Shown: positions 1-12,400 of the stretch, piece after piece
Layout of the letters: every line of letters starts with the position of its first letter
Numbering within the stretch: position 1 is the stretch's first letter
NCBI GenBank assembly: GCA_002633005.1
Contig: NMRA01000032.1
Span: 414,911 to 478,910, forward strand
Source: Phoronis australis
Lineage: Eukaryota; Animalia; Phoronida
Direction: 5' to 3'
DNA length: 64,000 nucleotides
Program-made: the position numbers and the translations under genes
Notes under the pieces: model-generated
Database searches by the model: none
Seen by the model: the letters and a program-made list of their open reading frames with translations, nothing else
Told to the model about the DNA's origin: nothing

Positions 1-490
1 GAAGTTGTTTTTAGGACCAAAACATGGTTATGGTGGGTTTAGAAATGTCGAGTTGTGAAAAATTCGGATTACACTGGTGAAACGTAATATCATTGGAGTT
101 ACCTTTCTCAATAAATTTTTGATTGAAATATGACCTTCAGTGAACAAACATAGCACATAAGATGCTGGATACTTGAGTGTTTATTTTGTCAAATGTCTCC
201 TCAAAAATGATCGTTGATTAAACTTGACTTCTTATCATTATCATGATTTGTACTGAACAGCTGTCACAAAACAAAAAGTAGGTAACTTTCCTGCATTTTA
301 GCAGCCATTGAAAAATGGAGAAATTGCAAAGTTCGCATCAAACTGAGAGATTACCATAGAATAATCAAGTTAATGGTTGCATTGGTGAGGGGACATGTGG
401 GCAACCAATACTGTTGCCCGTGTCTTTTTGTTGTCTCTAGATGACATCACTGTGGAGCTTGTGTATAAATCTAAGTCTTTGCTATCACAG

Positions 491-3400
491 ACGATGGTGC
501 GGGTGTTACCAGGGGAGACGTTCGGAGGAAGCGGAATCGCTCTCTACCTGCTGTCTGAGAAACATCTCCAAAAATGGCTGTTATCCGATGGGGAATCGGA
601 GAAGGTAATAAGTCTGGAACGATGTCCCAATTTGATTGGTCGAACTTGGGTTGTATCTCACTTGTTAGCTGTAATATTTTTAATAGTTCACAATGCCACT
701 CGACTAAAGTTTATCACAGACACTGGATCATCACAATATGGACAACTAGGCTATAAAAATAAAACTATACATTTGATCTCTACGAAATTCAGAATTTACA
801 TGATATTGCTAAGGATGTTACGATTGTAAGAGGATATTATTGTGCCCTCACCTTTAAAACTTTCAGATTGGACATAAACTCTTGCCTTGATATTGTTGCT
901 CCCCTACAAAGTATTACCTGCCTTGTCTAGCTTAATATGCACTGTTTAGCTTAATATGCAGTATGGTGGCTGTAAAAAGCAGGCTCAGGACTTTTTCCAG
1001 ACCTATTCATACCAGTAGACTTATTAACTGTATCGATGGAGACCTTCTGATTATTACTTTATGGATCGCCTTAGTATTAGCTCTATCGATATTCTTAGAA
1101 TGGGAGAGAAAAAGCCTCATGCTGTCCAATAACAGCCACCATACATCTGCCATTATGCAACACATGGTAAATTGTGGACTTTTGTGGCACTTGAGAACTT
1201 ATTTTTCCTTAATTGTGATGCATATCACATAGGGAGCATTCATTGTTCTGCTTTCAGCTCCTGTATCAATGCCAAGTGGACAAAATGATCCGAGAAAACA
1301 TGGCAAAGACTGTCTGGGTGAGTGTGGCTGGAAATGTGTTGTCATGGTGATATGTCTGCACTGAAATCATAAGATCAATGTCATTAGGTGTACAGAGGGC
1401 TATGTTCAGTAGCGCTCGTCACATGCGAGTGGAACTTACTGGAGTCACGAGTATCCCTTGTAATACATGGTGATATTTCACGAAATTACGTGACCTCGCT
1501 AAACTTGTAAACAATAATTTTAGTTGAATATTTTTCAAGAAGGGGGATGGTGAGACATTCAGTCTTAAGGGGTATTTTTCCCCTAATGATGCTTTAAACT
1601 TGAAAATTGTTAAAATGACTGTTAAACACACTAGTTTGGCATCGTAGATGTTGGATTTGGAATTGGGGGATCATCAACGTTTGATACGAAGTGATTTCTG
1701 AAGGCTTTGCCAAACCTACCAAAATTCACAGATTTAATGTATTTTTACTCTCTGAATAGTCTGGTCATTTTTTATCAGAGTACAGAAAGGTTGGAGTCAT
1801 ATGAACTTTGCATACATGGTTTTTAATTCATGTCTAGTTTGTGAACAAGTAGGAAATGTCCCTTGAAGACTTTGAGCGGTTGACTTACGACTGTGAAAAC
1901 AAGGATTTCAAAATGTTTTGTTTTGGGCAGCGAGTCAAGATGAAACGTTGCTTTAGCTACTAACAGTTTTGTCTCTATGTACTGTTTACTTTTCCTTCAC
2001 AGACAAGGGATGAGGCTGATCTCCCAGACATGAGAACCTGGCTACTGGATATGCAAGTTACTAGGTAACTATTAAGCTACTAGGTAACTATTTCAAGTTG
2101 TTAGAATGAGTAAGCCGAGATAGGTTAGGCTTTAATCAAGAACCAACAGTATAATCACATAAAGAATGAAATTTGACCAGCCCAAGAAATCTTGACATTT
2201 CTGCAAATGCTTTTGTTATCAATTTTTTATATTGACTTTCCAAAATAGAGGTAATTTTGATATCTTTTATGGTTTATTTTTCTTTTGTGTGTATTATTTT
2301 GATTTTGGGTTTGTTTTACTTTATAATTATTTTTCCATCCATGTGGTTGCACAATAAAATTTCTCTCCGTAAAACAACTGTACACCAGTTTTTAACATAG
2401 TCTAACCTGTTTCTTTTGCTTATTTAGACTTTCACATCAGTGTCTTCATTCGAAATTTAATATTTAAAGCCATTTTGAGTTATAATTCATATTTTTCTAC
2501 ACCATGTGTATTTGCATTTTTTCGATATCAACTTTCTGAAATTTAAGACAGCATCTACTTCTTGATGAAGCTCCAACCAACTTCCAGAATTTAAAATATT
2601 ATTTGTTGCATTCTGTTTGTTTCGAAAAATAATCATGCTGGATTGAAAGAACAGTATTTTTAATTCTTTTGTGACTGGTTTCTATTGTGATTTCTCAATT
2701 ATTCTGAGAAGAAAATGGGAACAGAAAAAATTCCTTAGGCTAGATTTGTGTTTTATTTGTCCATATCTCTTGCAGGGAAGGTCTAGTCGTACTAGCTGCA
2801 GGCATCGCTCCATCTCAGTCCTCACAAGTCAGCTTTGCATGCATCACCTTGGCAACACATGGTCTGACGGAGCCATCAAGTTTCGTGTCCTTTGTTGTAT
2901 CCAGTTACAGCTTCGAGTACAAGGTACAATTCTTGACAACATTTTGGAGAAAGGTGCATGCAGTGTAGTACCTGAATGTTTCACGTGAATCTGGTCAGCC
3001 ATCTCTGTAAAACGACGTTCCAAAGTTGGCCAAATTTGGACATTGTTCTAGGGTCCTTAGTAACCCGTTTGTGTTCTGTTTTAGAACAAAGACTATGACA
3101 TCGTCTGCCATCAGCTACTGTTGCCGGACCCTGCCGATCAGACAGGTTACATTTACAACGATAGACTAATCATCTGCCAGTCAATTAGGAGAACAGCGTC
3201 TACGTTAGACAAAGTGGAGTTTTCTGCAGCTGGAGAGAGACTTCTGGGAGCTGGTATGGGTTTGTTAAGGTTATGGTAACGCGGGAAAATGTCAACATTT
3301 TTTCTTAACACCAAGCATCGTTAGTCAGGAGTGACTTATCAAATTAAAGTGAAATGTTTAGATATTGTGATGAATGAACTGTTCTGCATACCACTATTGA

Positions 3401-6400
3401 GAAAGTGTTGTTGAAAATTGGGACTTTTATATTTTCATCCAAAAAATCAAAATTGCATCAAACAAAAACAAAAATTTAATTTAAAAAACATCTCTGGGTT
3501 TTTGAAATTTTGTCTTTTCAGTTATGTTTGTCTTCTGTTCCAGGCCACTGTGACGGTCTAGCTGTCTTCTTCTCCAACACTCATGGCCTGGTGTCACTTT
3601 CATTGGCACAGGAGGAATTGTCGCTGTAAGTACCTTGTTATGAGCCACGGTATTCATAGATGATCGAGTATTCATATTTGGTTCCTTCCTAGGTGGCTTG
3701 GATGTAAGCTCACTTTTTTGTCCAAACTAAGTATCCCCTTACCAATACGAAGTACAGTGCTTTTTAATTTTGCTCGATTTATCAGTGTCAAGTGCTCTGT
3801 CATTAGAAGTGATCGAGAAGTACTGTTTATATTAAGAACTGTACGAATAATGAAATGAGCTATTTTTAACATATTTATTTAAACTAATGATTTAGATTTT
3901 TGGATCCATGAAAGTGTTATTTTCTTGTTTTTAGAGTGAGCGAGTCATTCATTGAACCACCTTCAAGAAGTGAGGTGAGATATGTGAAGTCAGTGGACTC
4001 TTGAATGCTGAACATGTTGATGACATTCAAAAAGTTATCTTGCAATCTGTTGAAAAGCTCTGTTGCGTCGAGCTTTCAACTCTGTATTCTAATCAGGGCT
4101 TGGAATTTTCCTTTTTTAAGACGATTTCCCCTTTTTTGGTTTCGATTTCCTCTTATTTGACTTTCAATCTCCTCTTTTTCCGTCTCTTTTTATCATTATT
4201 TTGACTTTATTCCTTCAAAAACGTTTATTTCACTTAAATTTTACCACATAAAAATATTTCTGTCACACAAGTCCATTGATTTGTGGAACGATATGTCACC
4301 TGGAAAATTTTCCTCTTTTATATCATTGGTCATTTGCCCCCTGTCTAATGAAATCTTTGTAACAGTTTATTGGCTTACTCCAAAAATCCAAAGTAAACAC
4401 AGGATGTTATGCCTATGCACCACCATCAACAAATGAACAATCCGAGTGAACCACATACCCTACACAGCGCACATTCTCAGACTCGGATTTAAATCTCAAT
4501 GGTAATACAGCATTGTGAGTAAACTCACCAGAGTCACATTCTAGAGACCAAGGAAATGTGTTTAAGGAGCATATGCAAATGGGTTTGGTATAGCTTTATG
4601 ATTTTTGCTTTATTGCATGACAGCAGGGGACAAGGGCTTTTAAACTGAGATATGGAAATCTTGAAATAAACTGTAATAAATTGGTCTTAAAATTTCATTT
4701 GCTATGAAATGGGGGGTCACTGGTTATTGAGGAGTCTAGTCTTGGCCATCCCCTGAAATATTCATGGCATTTTGACACTCTTTATTTGCCAGTGGTCTGA
4801 ATGGTCTATTTTGAGTTGGGGCTCATTTTCAATGATAGTATGGAATGGCTTAGGGCCGTTTATAATTTGTGTTGTGTGTGAAATTTGAAATGTCCCTTCG
4901 AGCAAAATATTTGTTGGCGATTAACTTCATAATCCATTAGAAAATTAGTTATTATCAGAAACATAAATATTTGAAAATGTTCATTTTTAAAGATAAGTTA
5001 ACAGTATCATTTGAATAATTTATTGGAGGTAGTTTCAGATTTAGGATATTATGTTTTAGTAATTGCCTATTTGCTATGGTTCAGTTTTTTCCTGGACCAG
5101 CCATTCCTGAATTCCCTCAATGGTAATGTTGTCTTTCGTGTTATTACAGTCGCCACTAACGGTACATGGTTGTTATTACAGTCGCCACTAACGGTACATG
5201 GTTGTTATTACAGTCGTCACTAACGGTACATGGTTGTTATTGCAGTCGCCACTAACGGTACATGGTTGTTATTACAGTCGCCACTAACGGTACATGGCAA
5301 AGGCCTAGCAGAGCTGAGCATGAGTGAAGACAACCAACAAAGACTGAAGGCAGCATTTCTACACCACTGNGTTATTGAGGAGTCTAGTCTTGGCCATCCT
5401 CTGAAATATTCATGGCATTTTGACGCTTTTATTTGCCAGTGGTCTGAATTGTCTATTTTGAGTTGGGGCTCATTTTCAATGATAGTATGGAATGGCTTAG
5501 GGCATATTTTGCGTAGTTAAGTAATCTGGTTTATAATTTGTGTTGTGTGTAAAATTTGAAATGTCCCTTAGAGCAAAATATTTGTTGGCGATTAACTTCA
5601 TAATCCATTAGAAAATTAGTTATTATCGGAAACATAAATATTTGAAAATGTTCGTTTTTAAAGATAAGTTAGCAGTATCATTTGAATAATTTATTGGAGG
5701 TAGTTTCAGATTTAGGATATTATGTTTTAGTAATTGCCTATTTGCTATGGTTGAGTTTTTTCCTGGACCAGCCATTCTTGAATTCCCTCAATGGTAATGT
5801 TGTCTTTCGTGTTATTACAGTCACCACTAACGGTACATGGTTGTTATTACAGTCACCACTAACGGTACATGGTTGTTATTACAGTCGTCACTAACGGTAC
5901 ATGGTTGTTATTACAGTCGCCACTAACGGTACATGGTTGTTATTACAGTCGCCACTAACTGTACATGGTAAGGGTCTAGCAGAGCTGAGCATGAGTGAAG
6001 ACAACCAACAAAGACTGAAGGCAGCATTTCTACATCACTGTAGAGGCAACAAGGTGTGTGAGTGCACGTTTGTATGTGTGTACGTGTATGTGTTAGGCGC
6101 CCCTTACGACTTAAATACATCTTGTTTCCCGTTATCCTACCCTCACTCCTCCGAGATGGTTAGGTAAGTTGGTAAAATAGTATTTTTCCCAGCATTCACT
6201 GTCAGTGTGAGCTCGTTATTGTTGCAAGAATGTTTTGCTTTTACATCGAAGAAATAATTCTTAAGCCAGTTTGCAAATAAAAGTTCTTGAGTTCTTGGAT
6301 AAATTTACATGAGCCTTATGATCAGTGCTTTTGTGACTAGCCTTAAAGTACCAAGTAGACTTACTACATCACATGTCTAATCACGGCACCAGCCTTCTGC

Positions 6401-9400
6401 CATTCAACCGAAAAGTTTTATGATTTTGGCTCACAAAATTATGTCAAATAATTCCGTTTGATTGAATTTTGCTCAACATCAATTATTTTTTTCGCAAGCC
6501 CAAAAATCACTTCTAATTCGTAAAAGATTCAAGTTATACAAATTTCATGTCGGTAATTGGTCTTATTTGACAGTTGGTTTTTTGACATTGAAAATTGGCA
6601 AGACTGAGCCAAACGGTGCATTAACATAATTTATGAAATTTAGTCCTTTAATGAAGTCACAAGATTTTATTTGTTGATACACCTATCATTTCACTTTTGT
6701 TAGTATTTTCGAATCACAACAAATGTTTTTGTCACATTTAAGCCTCACGTCAAATACAGCTGTGATTGTCTTGCGCTCATGATAGTTATCTGTTTTCTCT
6801 ACTTTTCAGGAACAAGCCCAGACTATAGTTGATGAGCTGTTTCCAGCTTCCTCTCCTGTAGCCAACCAGCCGGATTCTACCCTCGATCGAATGGTGAGCA
6901 CACTCAGTCAGGATATCATCGATGACTTTCCTGTTGCTGACCCACGCTGGGCCGAATCTGTTCCACAAGGTGATTTTCTTTAGTGGCTTTGTTTTTGAAA
7001 ATTGATACTTTTACTGTTTAAATAGAACACATAATAACAACAGTAATTAAAGGATCAGGCAACACCAAGACATATTTTAGTGATTGTTGTCAGAACTACA
7101 GTGTGTTTGGTTTCATTTGTTGTTCTGTTTTGGACCCTGCCTCCTTAATGCAAGTTAGTGTTTTGATTGGTTGCTCGGGTTGTCACATGTCCACCTCACT
7201 TCCAGACTCTGCCTCCACGACAGTGTCACTCATCATTTTGCATCAAATAGAAGACAAGCAGAAAGCGCACGATCTCTACATTTCATTCCTGAAAACTGTT
7301 GGTTTGTGGGACAGGGTAAGCCAGCCTTTATCAGTCTTAAATATTGAGAAAACGAGGTAGTGCTTTGTACTTGTCTGTTGCGCAGTAGCCAAGTATCTGG
7401 TTTGTTAAATTTCATCAAGGTCACTATCCAATTTTTTCATTTCCTGAACCAGTTCATGGTAAAGCAAATATAACTGAATTTTATTATAGTGACATTATTG
7501 TGTTAAACTGGTTAAATTAGTAATTTATGCACAATTTGGAAAATAGTACCCCACCCCACTGGTCTTCTAAGTCAAGAGAATTGTGAATAAAAGCAGAAAG
7601 CTCTCTAATAATTAAAGTTTTACAAGTAAGATGAACTTGAGTATTAAAAGTATTTAGAGTGAAGATTTGCTTGTGAATCTTCATTGGTCGCAGTAAAACA
7701 CATTTGCGAAAGAGACTTCTAACAAAAAATCATAAGTTATTGGCTGATTTAAGAATCTCCCCGTTTAAACCCCGGTGACTGTTTTATCTTGTCATCCCAA
7801 GCAGTAATGTTAAATCTCTGTACAATGTAATTCATTCTGGTAAAATCCAACCATGTCGTAAACTTTGATGACAATAGTGGAAGTTAGCAACATTTCCCAA
7901 AAATGCTTGAAATGCGACTGTCAATAGGGTTCTTAGACTGTAAGAAATATCTGCAATGTTTATTCGATAAACACTTAGTTTTGGTCTGTTCCTTCAAATG
8001 TTCAAGAACGTTGCAAGAATTACCCCAGTGTGCCTGGAAGGTTAATGGTATAGTCAGTGATTCTATTGTGTCTTTATCACCAGATGACCAGTGTTACGGT
8101 GAGAGAGGTTCCCATGGCAACCAGACTCCTACTGTGTGAACATGCTGAGAAACTGGTTGCTGGACACGCTCTCCGGGAGATGCACACTCAGTGAGTACTG
8201 TAGTAATGATAAAGAATGACAACGACTACAAATTATTGTGACTACGACTATGACTACGATAATTATAATTGTAATAACATTACCAATAGAATATGACTAC
8301 GATAATTATAATTGTAATAACAACACCAATACACTATGACTACGATAATTATAATTGTAATAACAACACCAATAGAATGGAAATGAATATTTTTGGGAAA
8401 CATGGTGTCATTAAGCAAATTCGTTTGAATATCCAGCAACAGCAGTTGCATGCTCTTGATGCTTGATCAGTCACATTTTAAAACTGTAAAACAAGAAATT
8501 TGATTTACAGATCATATCGCAAAATGCTGTAGTTGACTAATAGTATTGAATGTGATGAACAGACTGAGCCCATTTAACCAACATGGCAGGTCTTTGTTGT
8601 GTTCCACAGGGCATTCTCATTAACATTGTTCTTTTGACATAAACATCACAATTCGTCGCGAGCAGCACTTTCTTTTTCTTCCACAACATTTACACGTTTC
8701 TTACAAAAGCATCTTTTCTCACGGACTTCAGTCTATTGGTTTCAGTTCAAGCTTTGAAAGAAATTCACATTTCACATGACAAATAATGACATTTGCTATT
8801 TGATTGAAATGAACGCACGAGAATATGTAATTGAATCACAATTAAATTGTCAGCCATAAGTTGTGATGCTCAACCAGCCAATAGAAGGACTGGAGCTTCT
8901 GAAAATACCAACAAAGGTGGTTAAGACTCACAAGGGAGTGGCTTTTCAACAAAACGATGTCTGTGGAAAAATGCATTGCCTAAATACACTACCTTTACCT
9001 GCAACTCCTTGATCTTTTTTTACACTTTTTGCAGATTCCCGTCAGTAGTTGATAGTGTTATTGAAGCTGTACTGTCACACCGGACAAGTGATGTCTCGGG
9101 TTCGGGTCTGACACCACAAGACATCTTCTACAGGGAGGTGGGTTCTGACATTTTTTATGTTGATAGCTGTTTTGTGTAAAATGTGACTACCCTGAGGCTT
9201 TGGTTTTTGAAACAGTTTTACTTGCATGGTTGTTAATAAAACTTTCTGTTTTTTCCTTTTAAAAAGAGCTTATCTGTTCACCGTCAATGCACACATAATT
9301 TTTTATCAGGAGGACTCTCGTTCTTTATTAGCGACATATTGTGTATCATTGAACCAGCGTACACAATACATTTTTTTGTCGTAAGCTAGTGCACACGATA

Positions 9401-12400
9401 ACATTTTTGCCCGCAACATTGCCATGTGCTCCTTGATTTTGTGAGTATGTCGACAGAACATGCCGTGTTTTCTTTTGATTGTTACTGTGTAAATTAGGAA
9501 CACTGTGTTATGAATTGCAGCTTTCAAAACTTGACGATGCCATCCAAGGTTTTCTTCAGTGTGAAGAAGCTGAAATGTCCACTCTGGAACTGAAGGATTT
9601 CGTTGATCTGGTTGTCATGGTGAACACAATTCTGGTGGTAAGTGGAAACTTAATCCCGTAGACTTTTAAATTAGCGTGTATTTCACCACCTTAACTGTCT
9701 GTCAAATACCAGCGTTTCTTTGTCATAATTTTTTTATGGTAATTACTTCTGTCCCTTTTAAAATCATCATGTTGCCATCATTTATATCATTCTGTTTGGC
9801 TAATTGTCCCTACGTCTGCTTTTCTATCCAACCTGGTTAATAAATCTTCATATAATTTGATTGACAATGCTAGAGCACTTAAGGTCAGTAACATACCCTT
9901 AACATTTGTGCAACATGCTGCGAGTTGGACGAAATGATGATGAGGGCCGTTAAAGCATTTTAGAGTGCCTTTTTCAGCAAAACATGTTTAAAAGAAACTA
10001 AAGTTCTCTGTATGATGAAATTTATTCGAAGCTGGTACAGAGTCAGATTTGAGATTCAGAAAACACAAAATGCACTATTTTGGTGGAAGCTTTCACTTGT
10101 GCTTGGCTTATTCCCAAGAATTTTAATTCTTATTTGGATATGGTTTGTACACGAGGGAACATTTCTCCCGCCTGAAGTTGCTCTTGTTGTAACGAGTGCT
10201 CCCTGAGGAGCTATTAACATTTAGGCCGAGATGTTGAAGTATGGTAGAAATCTCCATGGATTCGTTGTGTGAGCCAAGATTTTTTACCGCATATGTTTTG
10301 CGAGTGACTAGCACCGCAGGATGTGTCTTACCTTATAGGAAATGATCGACTCACTGCATCATCTTTCTTTTCTGTAGACTACACTGACCAGCGCTGTACA
10401 GCATCGGCAGGAAAAGAGTCTAATATACCAAACCCAGAATGCAGTGTCTAGGGACCCAGAATACCTCCCCTGGACGACTTCGCTAGGGAGTGCGGGAACA
10501 CGGACATTACTCACTAAACAGGTAAACCAGCAATATAATGTCTCATGAGTGAAAATGAGGCAGCTTCTTTTGATGGGCTTGTACATGTGATGGAGATTGG
10601 CACTTAATCCATTTCTGGTTGTAAAAACACTCATGTAAAACGGTGTGTGATTTCTTATTTTTTTAGGAGAACTTTATTATTGCAATTTGAAAACTTGCTT
10701 AATGATTTGTCACCCACATTTTCTGTCATTCTTTATTAGAATGTAGGCTTTATAATTGTACAGTTAAAGATGTATTTGCATGTTCCTAACTATGCTAATG
10801 TACAGCAGGAACTGAAGGACATTGCTAATTGAGCATCATGTACGCTGAACAAAGAGCAATTGAAGTCATTGACAACTTGTAAATGTGAAAACAAAAAAAT
10901 TCTGCAAGTAGTTGACCTTTGCACTTATACCTTGGGGGCTCACATAGCCCGCATCATGCAGTGTTATTCCCCAACACCAAGTCACGATACTTACTGGACA
11001 CAGTTGAGTGGTTTACAGCAGATTATTTTCGACACAAAACTCGTTTTAAAAACATTTGGAAATTTTCAACGTGCTTCATATTCACATCATCGCTGTGTGT
11101 TGTGTTTCTAACTGATTTGACCAAGCAATCACAGAGATTAGGAATTAGCCTGCAAGTTCCACTTTAATAAATTGTAGAGATGTGTTAGTTGTCTGCTTAA
11201 TGCATAAGTAAGGGCACTGGTCATTTTATGCAACATTGGCCACACAATACATTAATTTCTCTTTAGATGAACGATGTCGTGTTTATCTTCAACAGTATTT
11301 CTTCACCACCGAGAATGTCGTGCAGTCAGCTGTGGATCCTCAGACGCGCGGCACTCTGTTCCAACAGCTGCTGAGTCTGGCCGACATCCTATTGGATGGC
11401 TACAAGTGCCAGCTAGAGTCCATCCGTCTTGCGGAAGGTGACATTCACCGATACCGTGACCTGCTGCAGAAGTACGAACAAGAGAGGCAGAAACTCATTG
11501 CTCCGTTCTGTGAGTGATTTGTGCTATGTAAATCTAAGTGATTGATGGACTTGTTAACAAATTTGAAGATCAGTCTACTGGTTTCACGTAAAATGAAACT
11601 GTTAACACTGAAGAGAACTAGGAAAAAAGAAATGATGGAAAATAAATTGTCGCTTGTTTCAAAGCCTGCTTGATCTACTTTCTCCTAGGATTTAGTCGTG
11701 CTTGTTGACTAAAGTAAATGTAAACATTTTGTATAAACCAATTTAGCAGAAATAAAACAGAGGTCGTGCACAAGGTCAGTTGTGACAGATTATAGATTTG
11801 TTACAGTTTTGTGAGTAAGTTATCAAAAACTTTTGCCAAAATGGTGCCAGGTATAAGGATTATTTTTCAAAAACTTAAACCTCCAGTTCAAGTCGTCATC
11901 CATATGTAACTTCAGAGCTGCTGTAACGATGTACCAAACATAGACTTCACACTGATGTAACTATGCCTGGATTTGTCAGCAGTATTTCAGATGTCAGATA
12001 AAACAGCCTCTGTATTCAATATGCACCAAAAGCTTAGAAAAGGGCAGTTATTTGATATTTTGGACAGTACAGGCACGTTCATAGATTAGCGCAATATTCG
12101 ACTGTACAAATTCTGATTTCACTGTGAGTTTGTTGTTCTTGCTTCAGTGGACAACGATCAGCTGGAGAGAGCCGGGTCGTTAGCCGAGAAGTATTGTGAC
12201 TTTGGTACGCTGGTGAAGCTGTGCGATGCCACCAACAACCAGGAGAGGCTTCAGCGCTATATACACCAGTTTGGTAGTCAGGTAGCACCGTCATGTGACT
12301 TCTTTCGCCAAATTAGAGATTTCGTACAGAATTTACGTACTCAAGTTGGTAGTATACCATGGTTGTATTATAATCCATCAAATTCCATGATTCTGGCCAC

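Larger units (their letters stand above)
4723..6040. repeat. Near-identical ~650-bp duplication split by a single N (probable haplotype overlap at a contig join)
   Basis: 4723-5369 recurs at 5371-~6040 with SNPs and a ~24-bp indel. The N is at 5370 and truncates the first copy of the NUP133 exon (starts 5278). Confidence 0.9.

Noticed and set aside
5139-5969. 32-bp repeats as a CRISPR array
   Set aside because: The units are contiguous with no spacers, the context is a eukaryotic intron, and there are no cas genes.
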